Assembly (NCBI GenBank): GCA_965248755.1
Contig: OZ252149.1
Span: 2,432,001-2,496,000, forward strand
Origin: Candidatus Latescibacterota bacterium
GTDB lineage: Bacteria; Latescibacterota; CBDEFO01
Length of the DNA stretch: 64,000 nt
Direction: 5' to 3'
Below the pieces are notes generated by a model that was given only the letters and a program-made list of their open reading frames with translations, was not told the DNA's origin and made no database searches. Of the stretch, positions 1-10,021 are shown piece after piece (within the stretch, counting starts at the first letter, position 1; each line of letters starts with the position of its first letter). Position numbers and translations under genes: made by a program.

Positions 1-526
1 TTCCCTATTCGGACGGGAGTTTAGTGAGGAGATGAGTTTCTACTACCTTGCACTGACTTTGGTAATCCTGACGGTGATTGTAATGTCACGGCTTCAAAAC
101 TCCCGCGTGGGGAGGGCCTGGTCTGCTATACGAGAGGACGAGATTGCGGCGCAAAGCTGCGGGGTAAATGTGATGAGATATAAGGTGGCGGCTTTTGCGG
201 TCAGCGCTGCGTTTGCAGCGGTAGGTGGAGCTTTCTTTGCAAGATGGATTACGTTTATAAGTCCCAATATGTTCAAGTTCTGGGAATCGGTTATGATTCT
301 ATGTATGGTAGTATTAGGAGGGATGGGTAGTGTCCCGGGTACCGTGATAGGGACTATCATATTAGGATCTTTAAGTGAGATCTTAAGAGGTATCCTACCT
401 GAATCAGGCATCCTTGAAAGGGCGCGGTTTTTATTTTTCGGACTTATTATGGTATTGTTAATGCGCTTCCGTCCCGAAGGATTATGTCCCGTGCGAGGGC
501 ATTTTTCGCCGGATCAGAAGTTGTAG
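1..526 (+). CDS. livM: Branched-chain amino acid ABC transporter permease, C-terminal part (5' end outside window)
   Basis: SRVGRAWSAIREDEIAAQSCGVN, YKVAAFAVSA and MVVLGGMGS motifs typical of LivM permeases; hydrophobic segments. Confidence 0.85.
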   Translation, partial: SLFGREFSEEMSFYYLALTLVILTVIVMSRLQNSRVGRAWSAIREDEIAAQSCGVNVMRYKVAAFAVSAAFAAVGGAFFARWITFISPNMFKFWESVMILCMVVLGGMGSVPGTVIGTIILGSLSEILRGILPESGILERARFLFFGLIMVLLMRFRPEGLCPVRGHFSPDQKL

Positions 527-2331
527 TAAAGGTGTCTGTTGTCTATAATCTCGGCATTTCCCCTGTGATGGGCGTACCAACTGTTGAACACCTGGATACT
601 TTTCTCCTGAAGTAGACGCTCCTTGAGTGAATCTTTCTCCTTTTGGAACTCCTCCTCATCAATAGGCTCTTTCATAACCAACTGCATTAAATAGGCACCT
701 CTGTCGGACGACACTACGGGACTTACTTGTCCCTCCTGAAGTTTAAAAGCCGCGGCTATAAATTCGTTCCTTCCTCCTATATCCGGGATAAAATCTGTGG
801 GGGCAAACTCATCTGTTTCTTTAACCGGAAGAGATGCAGATTCGGCTGCATCTTCCATTGAGGCGCCTTGGGATATAGCCGAAGCGATGGGCTGGAGCTT
901 TTCTTCCGCCAAGTCTCTCTTCTTGTCTCTTGTTAGATCCCATCTAATCTTCTCTCTCGCTTGACTTAAAGGACTTATACCTTCCTTTTTTCTGTCTGAG
1001 ACTGAAATGATAAAGAAACCTCTGTCGTCCTCGTAGAGTCTTAGGATCTCTCCTATATCCGCTGCGAACGCCTGGTTTACGAGAGACTGGGAGATTCCGA
1101 TTCCGGGGATAAAGGGTCCCTTTTTGAAGAATCCTGTATCTTTGATTTCCAAACCTTCGGCTTTTGCGGCCGCATCGAAGCCGATTTGCTGATCTTTTTC
1201 GATTAACATGTCAGCTTTGTCGGCGAGTTCTTCTATAGTGCTTCTGCTGGCCTCCACCTTTAGGAGTATATGCCGGGCTCTGACTTTCTCCTGGCCATTT
1301 TCCATCTTTTTCTCTTCGAGCTTGATGATATGCCATCCGCGGAAGCTCTTGACAGGCTCGGAGATCTCACCTTCATCGAGGGCGAAAGCGGCATCCACAA
1401 AAGTTTTGTCCATCCATCCTCTGGCGAAAAAGCCCAGATCCCCTCCCTTTTGTGCCGATCCTGGGTCTTCCGAGTTTTCCTCAGCTAACTCTGCAAAATC
1501 GGCTCCTGATTTTGCGTCGTTAAAAAGATCCCTTATGCGCTTTTCCGTACTAAGCGAATCCGAGTGACTCGGTTTCTTGTCGAACGCGACGTATTGGCAT
1601 TGTGTCTGGGCCTCTTCTTTAAACTCATCCTGATTTTCCTGGTAGTATGTTTTAACCTCTTCCTCAGAAACAGATACCAGGGAATCGGGAAACGAGCCTA
1701 TCGCCGCGAAGACATATTTGACTTTTACCTTTTCGTTGTCGTCTATGTAGGCTTTCCTGACCTCAGGGTCGGTGACTTTGACAGCCCCCCCCACTCTGTT
1801 TCGGAGCTTCTGGATCAAAAGTCTGTCCCTCACCATGGCCTCGACGCCGAGTATAAACTGTCTGTTGGCCTCGTAGTTCGCAGGAATATTCAGCCAATCG
1901 GAGTATTTTGCAGGATCGAACTCTCCCTCCGTCTGGAAGACCTCCAGGTCCTGGACGATCTGAGGCGGTAATATGCGGTTGTAGTAAGCAAGTTCGCTAT
2001 CTGAGACTTTGATGTTCCTCTTTTTAATCTGCTGGGAGATTATAACCTGTCCTACCAGCGCATCCCAGGCCTGGTTGATGAGTCTTTTCCTATCGGGCTC
2101 CGCGTTCTCGGATCGTGCTTTCTCATGGTTGTAGAGCTCTCCGAGGACGGAGTTGAATTTCTCATAAGTTATCTTGTAGTCATTAACTCTTCCGAACTGG
2201 GGTCCGAACTTTTGGCTGAGCCAGTCTTCTATGTTGGCAGCCCAGCCAAAGACCATAAGGGTTACAAAGCCCACTACCGTGATCCAAATTGTGACCTTGA
2301 TAAACCCCTTTTGGCGCATAGTGTTTAACAT
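514..2331 (-). CDS. SurA N-terminal / parvulin peptidyl-prolyl isomerase (PpiD-like membrane-anchored foldase)
   Basis: N-terminal TM helix; rotamase motif FAELAEENSEDPGSAQKGGDLGFF...GEISEPVKSFRGWHIIK; 605 aa. Confidence 0.88.
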   Translation of the reverse strand: MLNTMRQKGFIKVTIWITVVGFVTLMVFGWAANIEDWLSQKFGPQFGRVNDYKITYEKFNSVLGELYNHEKARSENAEPDRKRLINQAWDALVGQVIISQQIKKRNIKVSDSELAYYNRILPPQIVQDLEVFQTEGEFDPAKYSDWLNIPANYEANRQFILGVEAMVRDRLLIQKLRNRVGGAVKVTDPEVRKAYIDDNEKVKVKYVFAAIGSFPDSLVSVSEEEVKTYYQENQDEFKEEAQTQCQYVAFDKKPSHSDSLSTEKRIRDLFNDAKSGADFAELAEENSEDPGSAQKGGDLGFFARGWMDKTFVDAAFALDEGEISEPVKSFRGWHIIKLEEKKMENGQEKVRARHILLKVEASRSTIEELADKADMLIEKDQQIGFDAAAKAEGLEIKDTGFFKKGPFIPGIGISQSLVNQAFAADIGEILRLYEDDRGFFIISVSDRKKEGISPLSQAREKIRWDLTRDKKRDLAEEKLQPIASAISQGASMEDAAESASLPVKETDEFAPTDFIPDIGGRNEFIAAAFKLQEGQVSPVVSSDRGAYLMQLVMKEPIDEEEFQKEKDSLKERLLQEKSIQVFNSWYAHHRGNAEIIDNRHLYYNF

Positions 2332-2444
2332 CTTTGATTTGTCCTCCTTAAATAAAGGTATTCTTTAGCAAACTGGATCGCAATGTCATAGATATAAATA
2401 ATGTTAAGACATTTAACCAAATAAATCAATACCTTTTTCTATGT

Positions 2445-2657
2445 TCAACGTTTTCTCGACTCTTTAGCAAGCGATATACCGCAGTTACGATCGGCTGCAA
2501 AGCAGCTTCGAAACCTGATCATAGCGGATGCGACCGACTGCCGGGCGCTGTCTCGACGGGTTCCCATTCTCTCGGCTATCTCTTTGTACGTAAGACCCTG
2601 GACTCGTAGTTCCAGTGCCTCTAACTGGCGTTTTGTAATCTTTCTCAACAGCACTAT
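2445..2657 (-). pseudogene. LuxR / sigma region-4 type HTH protein, 5' end lost at IS3 insertion
   Basis: ITKRQLEALELRVQGLTYKEIAERMG is an HTH signature; the frame runs into the IS end at 2658. Confidence 0.6.
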
Positions 2658-2704
2658 TGTACCGCTCCCCTTGACAGAGCGACAAATATTTCGCAAATTG
2701 GGGT

Positions 2705-3034
2705 TTGAGAAGGGAGGTCAAGGTGTCGAGCCCCGAAGTGAAAGATGGTAAGCGCTGGACGGCGACCCGTAAGGGAGAGATTGTGTTGGCTCTTTTGAGA
2801 GGAGCAGATCTATCTGAGGTGTGTCGTAAGAATGGAATTAGCCAGTCGCAGGCGTATGCTTGGCGTGATAGTTTCTTAGAAGGGGGCCAGGAGAGTCTGA
2901 AGTCTCGGCGTGGTCGCAAGGATCCGAAGGAGCGAGAGGTTAGCCGGTTGGAGCGCAAGGTAGGGCAGTTGACGCTCCAGTTGGAGATACTCGAAGAGGT
3001 AGCCCGTCTAAAAAAAACGAAGCGGTTGCCTTGA
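2705..3034 (+). CDS. IS3 transposase OrfA (HTH)
   Basis: LSEVCRKNGISQSQAYAWR HTH followed by leucine-zipper-like segment; exact start uncertain. Confidence 0.88.
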   Translation: MRREVKVSSPEVKDGKRWTATRKGEIVLALLRGADLSEVCRKNGISQSQAYAWRDSFLEGGQESLKSRRGRKDPKEREVSRLERKVGQLTLQLEILEEVARLKKTKRLP

Positions 3035-3894
3035 GTGGGCGGTTTTTGGGTCGAGGCTATTCCCGCAAGGTGGTAGCTTTGGCTTTGGGTTTGCATCGTT
3101 CGACTCTGTATAGGTTTAGGGATAGAGGTGTCAGTTCTTCTGTTAAAGAGCCTGTGATAGATGAGGAGCTTGCTTTTCGTATTCGAGGGATACTGGACCA
3201 AGAAGAGGCATTTGGTCACAGGCGGGTTTGGGCGCATCTTCGTTTCAAGGAAGGGGAATGTGTCAACGTTAAGAAGGTTCATAGGATAATGAAGCTTAAG
3301 GGGTGGCAGTGTAAGCTGTGGAATCGTCCCGGGAGAAAGGGGCCACAGGTTGCCCAGAAGCGTTCTGTGGTGGATAGTCCCGACAGTTTGTGGTCGAGTG
3401 ACTTGACAAAGATTTACTGTGGAAAAGATGGTTGGTGTCCTCTTATTGCGGTGGTGGACAACGGAAGCCGGGAGGTTCCTGGGTATCGTTTTAGTCGAAA
3501 AGGGAGGGCACTGGAGGCCACAGATGCCCTGGATCGGGCCGTGATCTCTCGATACACTTCCAAGGAGGCTGTCCCCCAGGGTCTCACTTTGCGCTCTGAC
3601 AATGGTTCCATCTTTTTGGCTCGGGCCTATTTGGCCAGTACCGAATATTGGGGAATTCGTCAGGAATACATACCAAGTGGTAAACCCGATTGGAACGGTG
3701 TTGTAGAGCGTTTTTTCAGGACCCTCAAGCAAGAGTGTGTTTGGCTTCACAAGTTTGAATCCTTTGAACAGGCTGAGAAGATCATATCTCAGTGGATCGA
3801 TAATTACAACAAGAACAGGCTTCATTCATCCCTGGGATATAAGACCCCAAAAGAGTGGAGAAAACAATTTTATCTACTACCCCAGGTTGCTTAA
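3031..3894 (+). CDS. IS3 transposase OrfB (DDE integrase core)
   Basis: WSSDLT, LRSDNGS, NGVVERFFRTLKQE, YNKNRLHSSLGYKTP. Confidence 0.93.
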   Translation: MSGRFLGRGYSRKVVALALGLHRSTLYRFRDRGVSSSVKEPVIDEELAFRIRGILDQEEAFGHRRVWAHLRFKEGECVNVKKVHRIMKLKGWQCKLWNRPGRKGPQVAQKRSVVDSPDSLWSSDLTKIYCGKDGWCPLIAVVDNGSREVPGYRFSRKGRALEATDALDRAVISRYTSKEAVPQGLTLRSDNGSIFLARAYLASTEYWGIRQEYIPSGKPDWNGVVERFFRTLKQECVWLHKFESFEQAEKIISQWIDNYNKNRLHSSLGYKTPKEWRKQFYLLPQVA

Positions 3895-3923
3895 TTGGTG
3901 TCGCTTTCCTGGGAAGCAGTACA

Positions 3924-4703
3924 AAGGTAACATGTTGCCGTATGGGTTTCGCCTTTGACACCATGAATAGTTGAAACTTCTATGTCGATATCAGTTGTTC
4001 CAGAAGAATATTTGTAGATGTTATTGCTCGAATGGGTTTCTTCATCATCCGCTTCCAAATCTGATGAATTTATAAAGATTGTAAGTTCAACATTCACCTG
4101 ATAATTAAAAAACTCCTTAAATTCATTGGTTAGATAATGTTTTATTTCTTCAAAAACTTCTTCTTGCCTGTGTATCTTCAAACACCAATTGGCGAGCCTT
4201 ACCCTAAAATCCTGGTAAAAATCCGAGTTTTTTTCTGATATATATTTATGCAGTTTTTTCTCTGTGAATGCCCTTCCATCGTCAGTTACTCCTGCAATTC
4301 TTAAGCACTTTAAGAAAGCTTCCCCTAACCTCTTCTTGTAAAAATTAACTCCATTAGATGAAATAAAACTATCAGATTGTGGAGCTAAATAACTTTTTAG
4401 ATTACTAAATTCAGTTTTTTTAACTTTTATTTCTTTGGAGTAGCCGTCCCAATAACTTGGTATAGTTCTTTTTGTGTCATGCGGTTTTCCACGCCATCCA
4501 ACTGCTTTAAATACCCTTTTCTCATTCTGATGTAGATTATTTCTGATAATTATTTCACCGAATTTATCTAATACCTGCTGAATAGTATAATCATCATAAA
4601 CAATGATAACAGGAGTAATTTCATTTTGCCTGCCATTTCCCGTTATTGTCTGCCGGAAAACACAAAGTTTTTCAACCTTGCTTGCTATAGCGTTAGAAAA
4701 TCT
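3924..4703 (-). pseudogene. UvrD/Rep helicase (GajB-like), C-terminal fragment truncated by IS3 copy 1
   Basis: RFSNAIA at start and STIHGVKGETHTAT helicase motif at end; AT-rich; in frame with 5992-6873 once IS copy 2 is removed. Confidence 0.8.
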
Positions 4704-4732
4704 TGTACTGCCCCCCAGAAAAGCGACATCAA

Positions 4733-5618
4733 TTAAGCAACTTGGGGTAGCAGATAAAATTGTTTTCTCCACTCTTCCGGGGTCTTGTATCCCAGAGATG
4801 AATGAAGCCAGTTCTTGTTGTAATTATCGATCCACTGAGATATGATCTTCTCAGCTTGTTCAAAGGACTTGAAATTGTGAAGCCACACACACTCCTGCTT
4901 GAGGGTCCTGAAAAAACGTTCTATGACCCCGTTCCAATCGGCCTTTCCGCTCGGAATATATTCTTGACGAATGTCCCAATATTCGGTACTTGCCAAATAG
5001 GTCCGAGACAAAAAGATGGAGCCGTTGTCAGAGCGCAAAGTGAGACCCTGGGGGACAGCCTCCTTAGGAAGTGTATCGAGAGATCACGGCCCGATCCAGG
5101 GCATCTGTGGCCTCCAGTGCCCTCCCTTTTCGACTAAAACGATACCCGGGGAACCTCCCGACTCCCGTTGTCCACCACCGCAATAAGAGGACACCAACCA
5201 TCTTCCCCACAATAGATCTTGGTCAAGTCAGCCGACCAGAGACTGTCAGGACGATCCATCACAGAACGCTTCTGGGCAACCTGTGGCCCCTTTCTCCCGG
5301 GGTCCCCGATTGATTCTATCGGGGATTCCACAGCTTACACTGCCACCCCTTAAGCTTCATTATCCTATGAACCTTCTTGATGTTGACATATGCCCCTTCC
5401 TTGAAACGAAGATGCGCCCAAACCCGCCTGTGACCAAATGCCTCTTCTTGGTCGAGTATCCCTCGAATACGAAAAGCAAGCTGTTCATCTATCACAGACT
5501 CTTCGACAGAAGAACTGACACCTCTATACCTAAGCCTACACAGAGTCGAACGATGCAAACCCAAAGCCAAAGCTACCACCTTCCGGGAATAGCCTCGACC
5601 CAAAAACCGCTCACTCAA
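4733..5618 (-). pseudogene. IS3 OrfB broken into pieces
   Basis: ORFs 5316-5618, 5134-5331 and 4733-5038 each match parts of OrfB; palindrome insertion at 5303 and two +1 insertions. Confidence 0.88.
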
Positions 5619-5944
5619 GGCAACCGCTTCGTTTTTTTTAGACGGGCTACCTCCTCGAGTATCTCCAACTGGAGGGTTAAGTGCCCTACCTTACGCTCCA
5701 ACCGGCTGACCTCCCGCTCCTTCGCATCCTTGCGACCACGCCGAGACTTCAGACTCTCCTGGCCTCCTTCCAAGAAACTATCACGCCAAGCATACGCCTG
5801 TGACTGGCTAATTCCATTCTTCCAACACACCTCTGATACATTCGCTCCTTTCAAAACAGCCAACACCACCTCTACCTTACGGGTCGCCGTCCAGCGCTTA
5901 CCATCTTTCACTTCGGGGCTTGACACCTTGACCTCCTTTCTCAA
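5615..5944 (-). CDS. IS3 transposase OrfA, copy 2
   Basis: Near-identical protein to 2705-3034. Confidence 0.85.
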   Translation of the reverse strand: MRKEVKVSSPEVKDGKRWTATRKVEVVLAVLKGANVSEVCWKNGISQSQAYAWRDSFLEGGQESLKSRRGRKDAKEREVSRLERKVGHLTLQLEILEEVARLKKTKRLP

Positions 5945-5991
5945 ACCCCAATTTGCAAAATATTTGTCGCCCTGTCAAGGGGAGCGGTATG

Positions 5992-6873
5992 ATCTTTTAC
6001 TACCTGTAATACACATAGTTCTGTCGTCAATTACTGCCCAACCGCATTCCAAGTTAGGGTCATAGTCAAATATTGATTGATTTAAATCACCTATTTTTTG
6101 AATAACAACATTATCATTGAATATTTTATTCATCAGTTCGGACTGTATTGTACTTGAATCCTGCATTTCATCTATGAAAACATAGGCAAATCTTTTTGCA
6201 AATACGTTTTTCAAATTAGGGTGCTTTTCAATGTGTCTTTCTGCTATATAATATGCATCATCATAGCTTAGTATTCCATCCAAAAGTATCCGTTCTTTTA
6301 GTCTTAGCAATCTATCATAGTGTGCTCTTTGAGTTGTATCATTTGAATCTAATTTAAGTCTTTTACATATACCATTATCATCCAGGGAAAAATCTTCAAA
6401 TCTAAGTGAATAAGGCAAATCTTTATGACCGCTCTGATAGCAAAATGCATTTGTTTTTCTACCTAAATATTTTCTCGTTCTTTCCATCCTATCAAGATAA
6501 ATTTCGTTGTTTATGAATAATGGTCTTCGGTTGAACTGATTGATATACGTCGGTATCGCAAGATATTTATCCACGAAACTTTGAATTGTCCCAAAATGAT
6601 TTGGGTAATTAGAGAGCTTTTTAGAAGCAAAGTAAGCGTGGCTTTTTATTTCATTTATAGCCACATTTGTGTGAGTTAATACGCAAATACCCCTATTATT
6701 TTCAAGAGGCATTTGCCGGGACAAAATCAACAACTTGGCAATCAAAGCCTTTGTTTTACCACTACCCGGGCAGGCAAGAATATCTTTGGTTTCAAAACAT
6801 TTTATTACTACCTTTTGTTCTTTATCGAAGTGCTCACCGGGCGGTAAAAGAATTCTTTCTGCCCAAGAAATAT
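5992..6873 (-). pseudogene. UvrD/Rep helicase (GajB-like), N-terminal fragment; start removed by IS3 copy 3
   Basis: Walker A ACPGSGKT, VLTHTNVAINEIK, GTIQSF, Walker B FIDEMQD, IGDLNQSIF. Confidence 0.85.
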
Positions 6874-6902
6874 TGTACTGCTTCCCAGGAAAGCGACACC
6901 AA

Positions 6903-7766
6903 TTAAGCAACCTGGGGTAGTAGATAAAATTGTTTTCTCCACTCTTTTGGGGTCTTATATCCCAGGGATGAATGAAGCCTGTTCTTGTTGTAATTATCGA
7001 TCCACTGAGATATGATCTTCTCAGCCTGTTCAAAGGATTCAAACTTGTGAAGCCAAACACACTCTTGCTTGAGGGTCCTGAAAAAACGCTCTACAACACC
7101 GTTCCAATCGGGTTTACCACTTGGTATGTATTCCTGACGAATTCCCCAATATTCGGTACTGGCCAAATAGGCCCGAGCCAAAAAGATGGAACCATTGTCA
7201 GAGCGCAAAGTGAGACCCTGGGGGACAGCCTCCTTGGAAGTGTATCGAGAGATCACGGCCCGATCCAGGGCATCTGTGGCCTCCAGTGCCCTCCCTTTTC
7301 GACTAAAACGATACCCAGGAACCTCCCGGCTTCCGTTGTCCACCACCGCAATAAGAGGACACCAACCATCTTTTCCACAGTAAATCTTTGTCAAGTCACT
7401 CGACCACAAACTGTCGGGACTATCCACCACAGAACGCTTCTGGGCAACCTGTGGCCCCTTTCTCCCGGGACGATTCCACAGCTTACACTGCCACCCCTTA
7501 AGCTTCATTATCCTATGAACCTTCTTAACGTTGACACATTCCCCTTCCTTGAAACGAAGATGCGCCCAAACCCGCCTGTGACCAAATGCCTCTTCTTGGT
7601 CCAGTATCCCTCGAATACGAAAAGCAAGCTCCTCATCTATCACAGGCTCTTTAACAGAAGAACTGACACCTCTATCCCTAAACCTATACAGAGTCGAACG
7701 ATGCAAACCCAAAGCCAAAGCTACCACCTTGCGGGAATAGCCTCGACCCAAAAACCGCCCACTCAA
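6903..7766 (-). CDS. IS3 transposase OrfB, copy 3
   Basis: Identical translation to 3031-3894. Confidence 0.93.
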   Translation of the reverse strand: MSGRFLGRGYSRKVVALALGLHRSTLYRFRDRGVSSSVKEPVIDEELAFRIRGILDQEEAFGHRRVWAHLRFKEGECVNVKKVHRIMKLKGWQCKLWNRPGRKGPQVAQKRSVVDSPDSLWSSDLTKIYCGKDGWCPLIAVVDNGSREVPGYRFSRKGRALEATDALDRAVISRYTSKEAVPQGLTLRSDNGSIFLARAYLASTEYWGIRQEYIPSGKPDWNGVVERFFRTLKQECVWLHKFESFEQAEKIISQWIDNYNKNRLHSSLGYKTPKEWRKQFYLLPQVA

Positions 7767-8092
7767 GGCAACCGCTTCGTTTTTTTTAGACGGGCTACCT
7801 CTTCGAGTATCTCCAACTGGAGCGTCAACTGCCCTACCTTGCGCTCCAACCGGCTAACCTCTCGCTCCTTCGGATCCTTGCGACCACGCCGAGACTTCAG
7901 ACTCTCCTGGCCCCCTTCTAAGAAACTATCACGCCAAGCATACGCCTGCGACTGGCTAATTCCATTCTTACGACACACCTCAGATAGATCTGCTCCTCTC
8001 AAAAGAGCCAACACAATCTCTCCCTTACGGGTCGCCGTCCAGCGCTTACCATCTTTCACTTCGGGGCTCGACACCTTGACCTCCCTTCTCAA
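7763..8092 (-). CDS. IS3 transposase OrfA, copy 3
   Basis: Identical translation to 2705-3034. Confidence 0.88.
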   Translation of the reverse strand: MRREVKVSSPEVKDGKRWTATRKGEIVLALLRGADLSEVCRKNGISQSQAYAWRDSFLEGGQESLKSRRGRKDPKEREVSRLERKVGQLTLQLEILEEVARLKKTKRLP

Positions 8093-8139
8093 ACCCCAAT
8101 TTGCGAAATATTTGTCGCTCTGTCAAGGGGAGCGGTATG

Positions 8140-9290
8140 TTAGTTGCTTGTACGATGTCATCCATTATGCCCTTTTTGGCGGAAAGCTCCTTGATCCTCT
8201 CTAACACAATTCCTTCGATTTCACCTGCTGGCACCTTAAACTTACATTCCTTGTTCTTGCAGATGTAGTAATAATACCTCATACCTTTGGATCCAGTGCC
8301 CGAACGTCCCTCCATCTCCGTGGCACACTTCCCACACCAAAGAAGTCCGCTGTTTAGAGTGTAGTTATGTTTGATATGTTTCACTCCATTATGTTTTGAG
8401 ACATTGTTTTTCTTCAAGAGATCCTCAACTCTATAAAACTTTTCCTCATCTACAATCGGACCCCATACTGCGTCTACAATCCGGTACTGATCAATTTCCG
8501 GGAGCTTTTCCTGGTTCTTCGTTTCTTTGCTTTTGTTGATCTCCTTCTTTCCGAGATAGGCATGGTTGGTCAGGATATGGTGGACAGAGGAGTAGCATAG
8601 CTCTCTTGCAGGATGAAGCGTTCCTCTGCGTGCGGTGTATTCCTTTGTTCTGAAGCCATGCCGGTTAATTATCTTTGCCGTTTCGAGGATTGAACCACAT
8701 TGCAGGTAGGTATCAAAGGCAAAGTTGACCATAGCCTTTTCTTTCTTGTTGGGTATAATGTAACCCTTCCTGTCGGGGTCTAAATCGTATCCTATGAGTT
8801 GCCCGCCATTCCAGAGTCCCCTTTCTGCCCTTGCCATCGTTGCATCTTTGTTTCTCTCAGAGTTCTGCTCTCTTTCAAACTCCGCCAAAGCCATCATGAT
8901 AGTTATAAAAAGTTTTCCCTGTGAGGAAGTAGTATCATAGTTTTGCTTGAGACACACAAACTCTACATTGTGTTCGTTAAGGATTTCAAAGAAGTTTAGG
9001 AAGTCCTTGACAGATCGACTGATTCTGTCTAAGGCAGTGCAGATAACTGTATTGATCTTACCCATCCTGATGTCCTCAAAAAGCCTTGCAAATTCCTTGC
9101 TCCTGAAGGAATCCTTGCCGGAAACTCCCTCGAGAATATATCTTTCAACTTCAACCCACTCCTCCCCACAAGCCACATTTTTATATTCCACATGAGCCCG
9201 CAATCTTTGAAGCTGGTTCTTGAGGGAGCCTTCCTTATTTCTTGCCTGCCTATCTGTGCTTACACGGACAACAAAGCCGCACTTCTTCAT
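8140..9290 (-). pseudogene. Large serine recombinase 1, 3'-truncated by IS3 copy 3
   Basis: VRVSTDRQ catalytic Ser, LDRISRS, recombinase domain, Zn ribbon CGKC...YYICKNKEC; homologous to 46828-48519 but cut after about 383 aa. Confidence 0.9.
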
Positions 9291-9454
9291 TTCTTGTCCC
9301 TTCCCTTTTTCATGGAAATCCGCATATCCTTCTCAATGAAGTCTCTTATCAAAGAGGCCATTGAGGCCTTCCCACCCTTTTTCCTTATCTCCAGCACCTT
9401 CTCCTGAAGATAAAAATACTGTTCATCCGTAAGCTTAATCGTTGTCATTCTCAT
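9287..9454 (-). CDS. Small ribbon-helix-helix-like DNA-binding protein (55 aa, not in ORF track)
   Basis: MRMTTIKLTDEQYFYLQEKVLEIRKKGGKASMASLIRDFIEK; GGAG RBS; ATGA overlap with the recombinase start. Confidence 0.65.
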   Translation of the reverse strand: MRMTTIKLTDEQYFYLQEKVLEIRKKGGKASMASLIRDFIEKDMRISMKKGRDKK

Positions 9455-9548
9455 TGGCTCTCCCCCAACAGTGACAGTTTTATCATGTATCTATAATTAT
9501 ATCTATATATAAATATACAGATATGTTCTGTGGAAGTCAAGGTTTTTT

Positions 9549-9767
9549 TCAAAATTCTTCTCGTTCAATTTCTTCTACATGAGTATCCACCTCTGTGGTC
9601 TTCTCCAGGAGCCTTTTTATACTCTCCGTCCGCTCTGAATCTTCCTTTAAGAGACCGTTCTTTTTGAGATAGGCATAGACCCCCTCCGAGAGGATTTCGG
9701 TAATCCTCTTTAGCCTCTCTTTTTCCTCTGTTGCTTGTGTATATGAGATTTCAATCTTTTTGAACAC
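9549..9767 (-). CDS. Hypothetical protein (72 aa), candidate recombination accessory factor
   Basis: AGGAGG RBS upstream of GTG at 9767; lies downstream of the promoter motif at 9788-9820. Confidence 0.6.
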   Translation of the reverse strand: MFKKIEISYTQATEEKERLKRITEILSEGVYAYLKKNGLLKEDSERTESIKRLLEKTTEVDTHVEEIEREEF

Positions 9768-9787
9768 GGCAGGTTTTCCTCCTACCG

Positions 9788-9820
9788 CGTACATACGGAA
9801 TAATCTGCCAATCTGTCGGA
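9788..9820 (-). promoter_or_regulatory. Putative promoter for the element-encoded sigma factor, leftward copy
   Basis: Minus strand TCCGACA-N11-TATTCCGTATGTACG; same motif and spacing at 10608-10640. Confidence 0.65.
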
Positions 9821-9830
9821 GATATGTTGA

Positions 9831-9880
9831 CCTCCGTGATACCTCCGTGAGCCCTCCGTGATTTACAAGAGCCCTCCGGA
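9831..9880. repeat. Three CCTCCGTGA direct repeats at 11-bp period plus one degenerate copy
   Basis: Copies at 9831, 9842, 9853; CCTCCGGA near 9873. Confidence 0.75.
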
Positions 9881-10021
9881 TTTGTAATTTTTAATTGGGC
9901 CGATTTGAGACACCAAAAAAACTGACCGAGGTGTCTCCATCGTCCAGAATTACAGAAGATTTCTGACGTTTAGACAGGGCTCGAGTGAGACGCCTCAAAA
10001 CCTTAACGGTGAGGTGTCTCA

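Larger units (their letters stand above)
2658..3923 (+). mobile_element. IS3-family insertion sequence, copy 1 (intact, 1266 bp)
   Basis: Terminal inverted repeats TGTACCGCTCCCC / GGGAAGCAGTACA; orfA+orfB with A8 slippery run near 3010; no target duplication. Confidence 0.93.
4704..5991 (-). mobile_element. IS3-family insertion sequence, copy 2 (diverged isoform, orfB frameshifted)
   Basis: Homologous to copy 1, 22 bp longer; flanked by 4-bp direct repeat ATCT (4700-4703, 5992-5995). Confidence 0.92.
6874..8139 (-). mobile_element. IS3-family insertion sequence, copy 3 (inverted relative to copy 1)
   Basis: OrfA and OrfB proteins identical to copy 1; same length; no target duplication. Confidence 0.93.

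Noticed and set aside
2485..3825. Long antisense ORFs over IS3 copies (also 5283-6065, 6972-8204)
   Set aside because: Shadow frames of the transposase genes with no recognisable motifs
2654..8143. Simple inversion between IS3 copies 1 and 3 as explanation for missing target duplications
   Set aside because: Swapping flanks gives only 2-bp matches and restores no gene; deletions fit better
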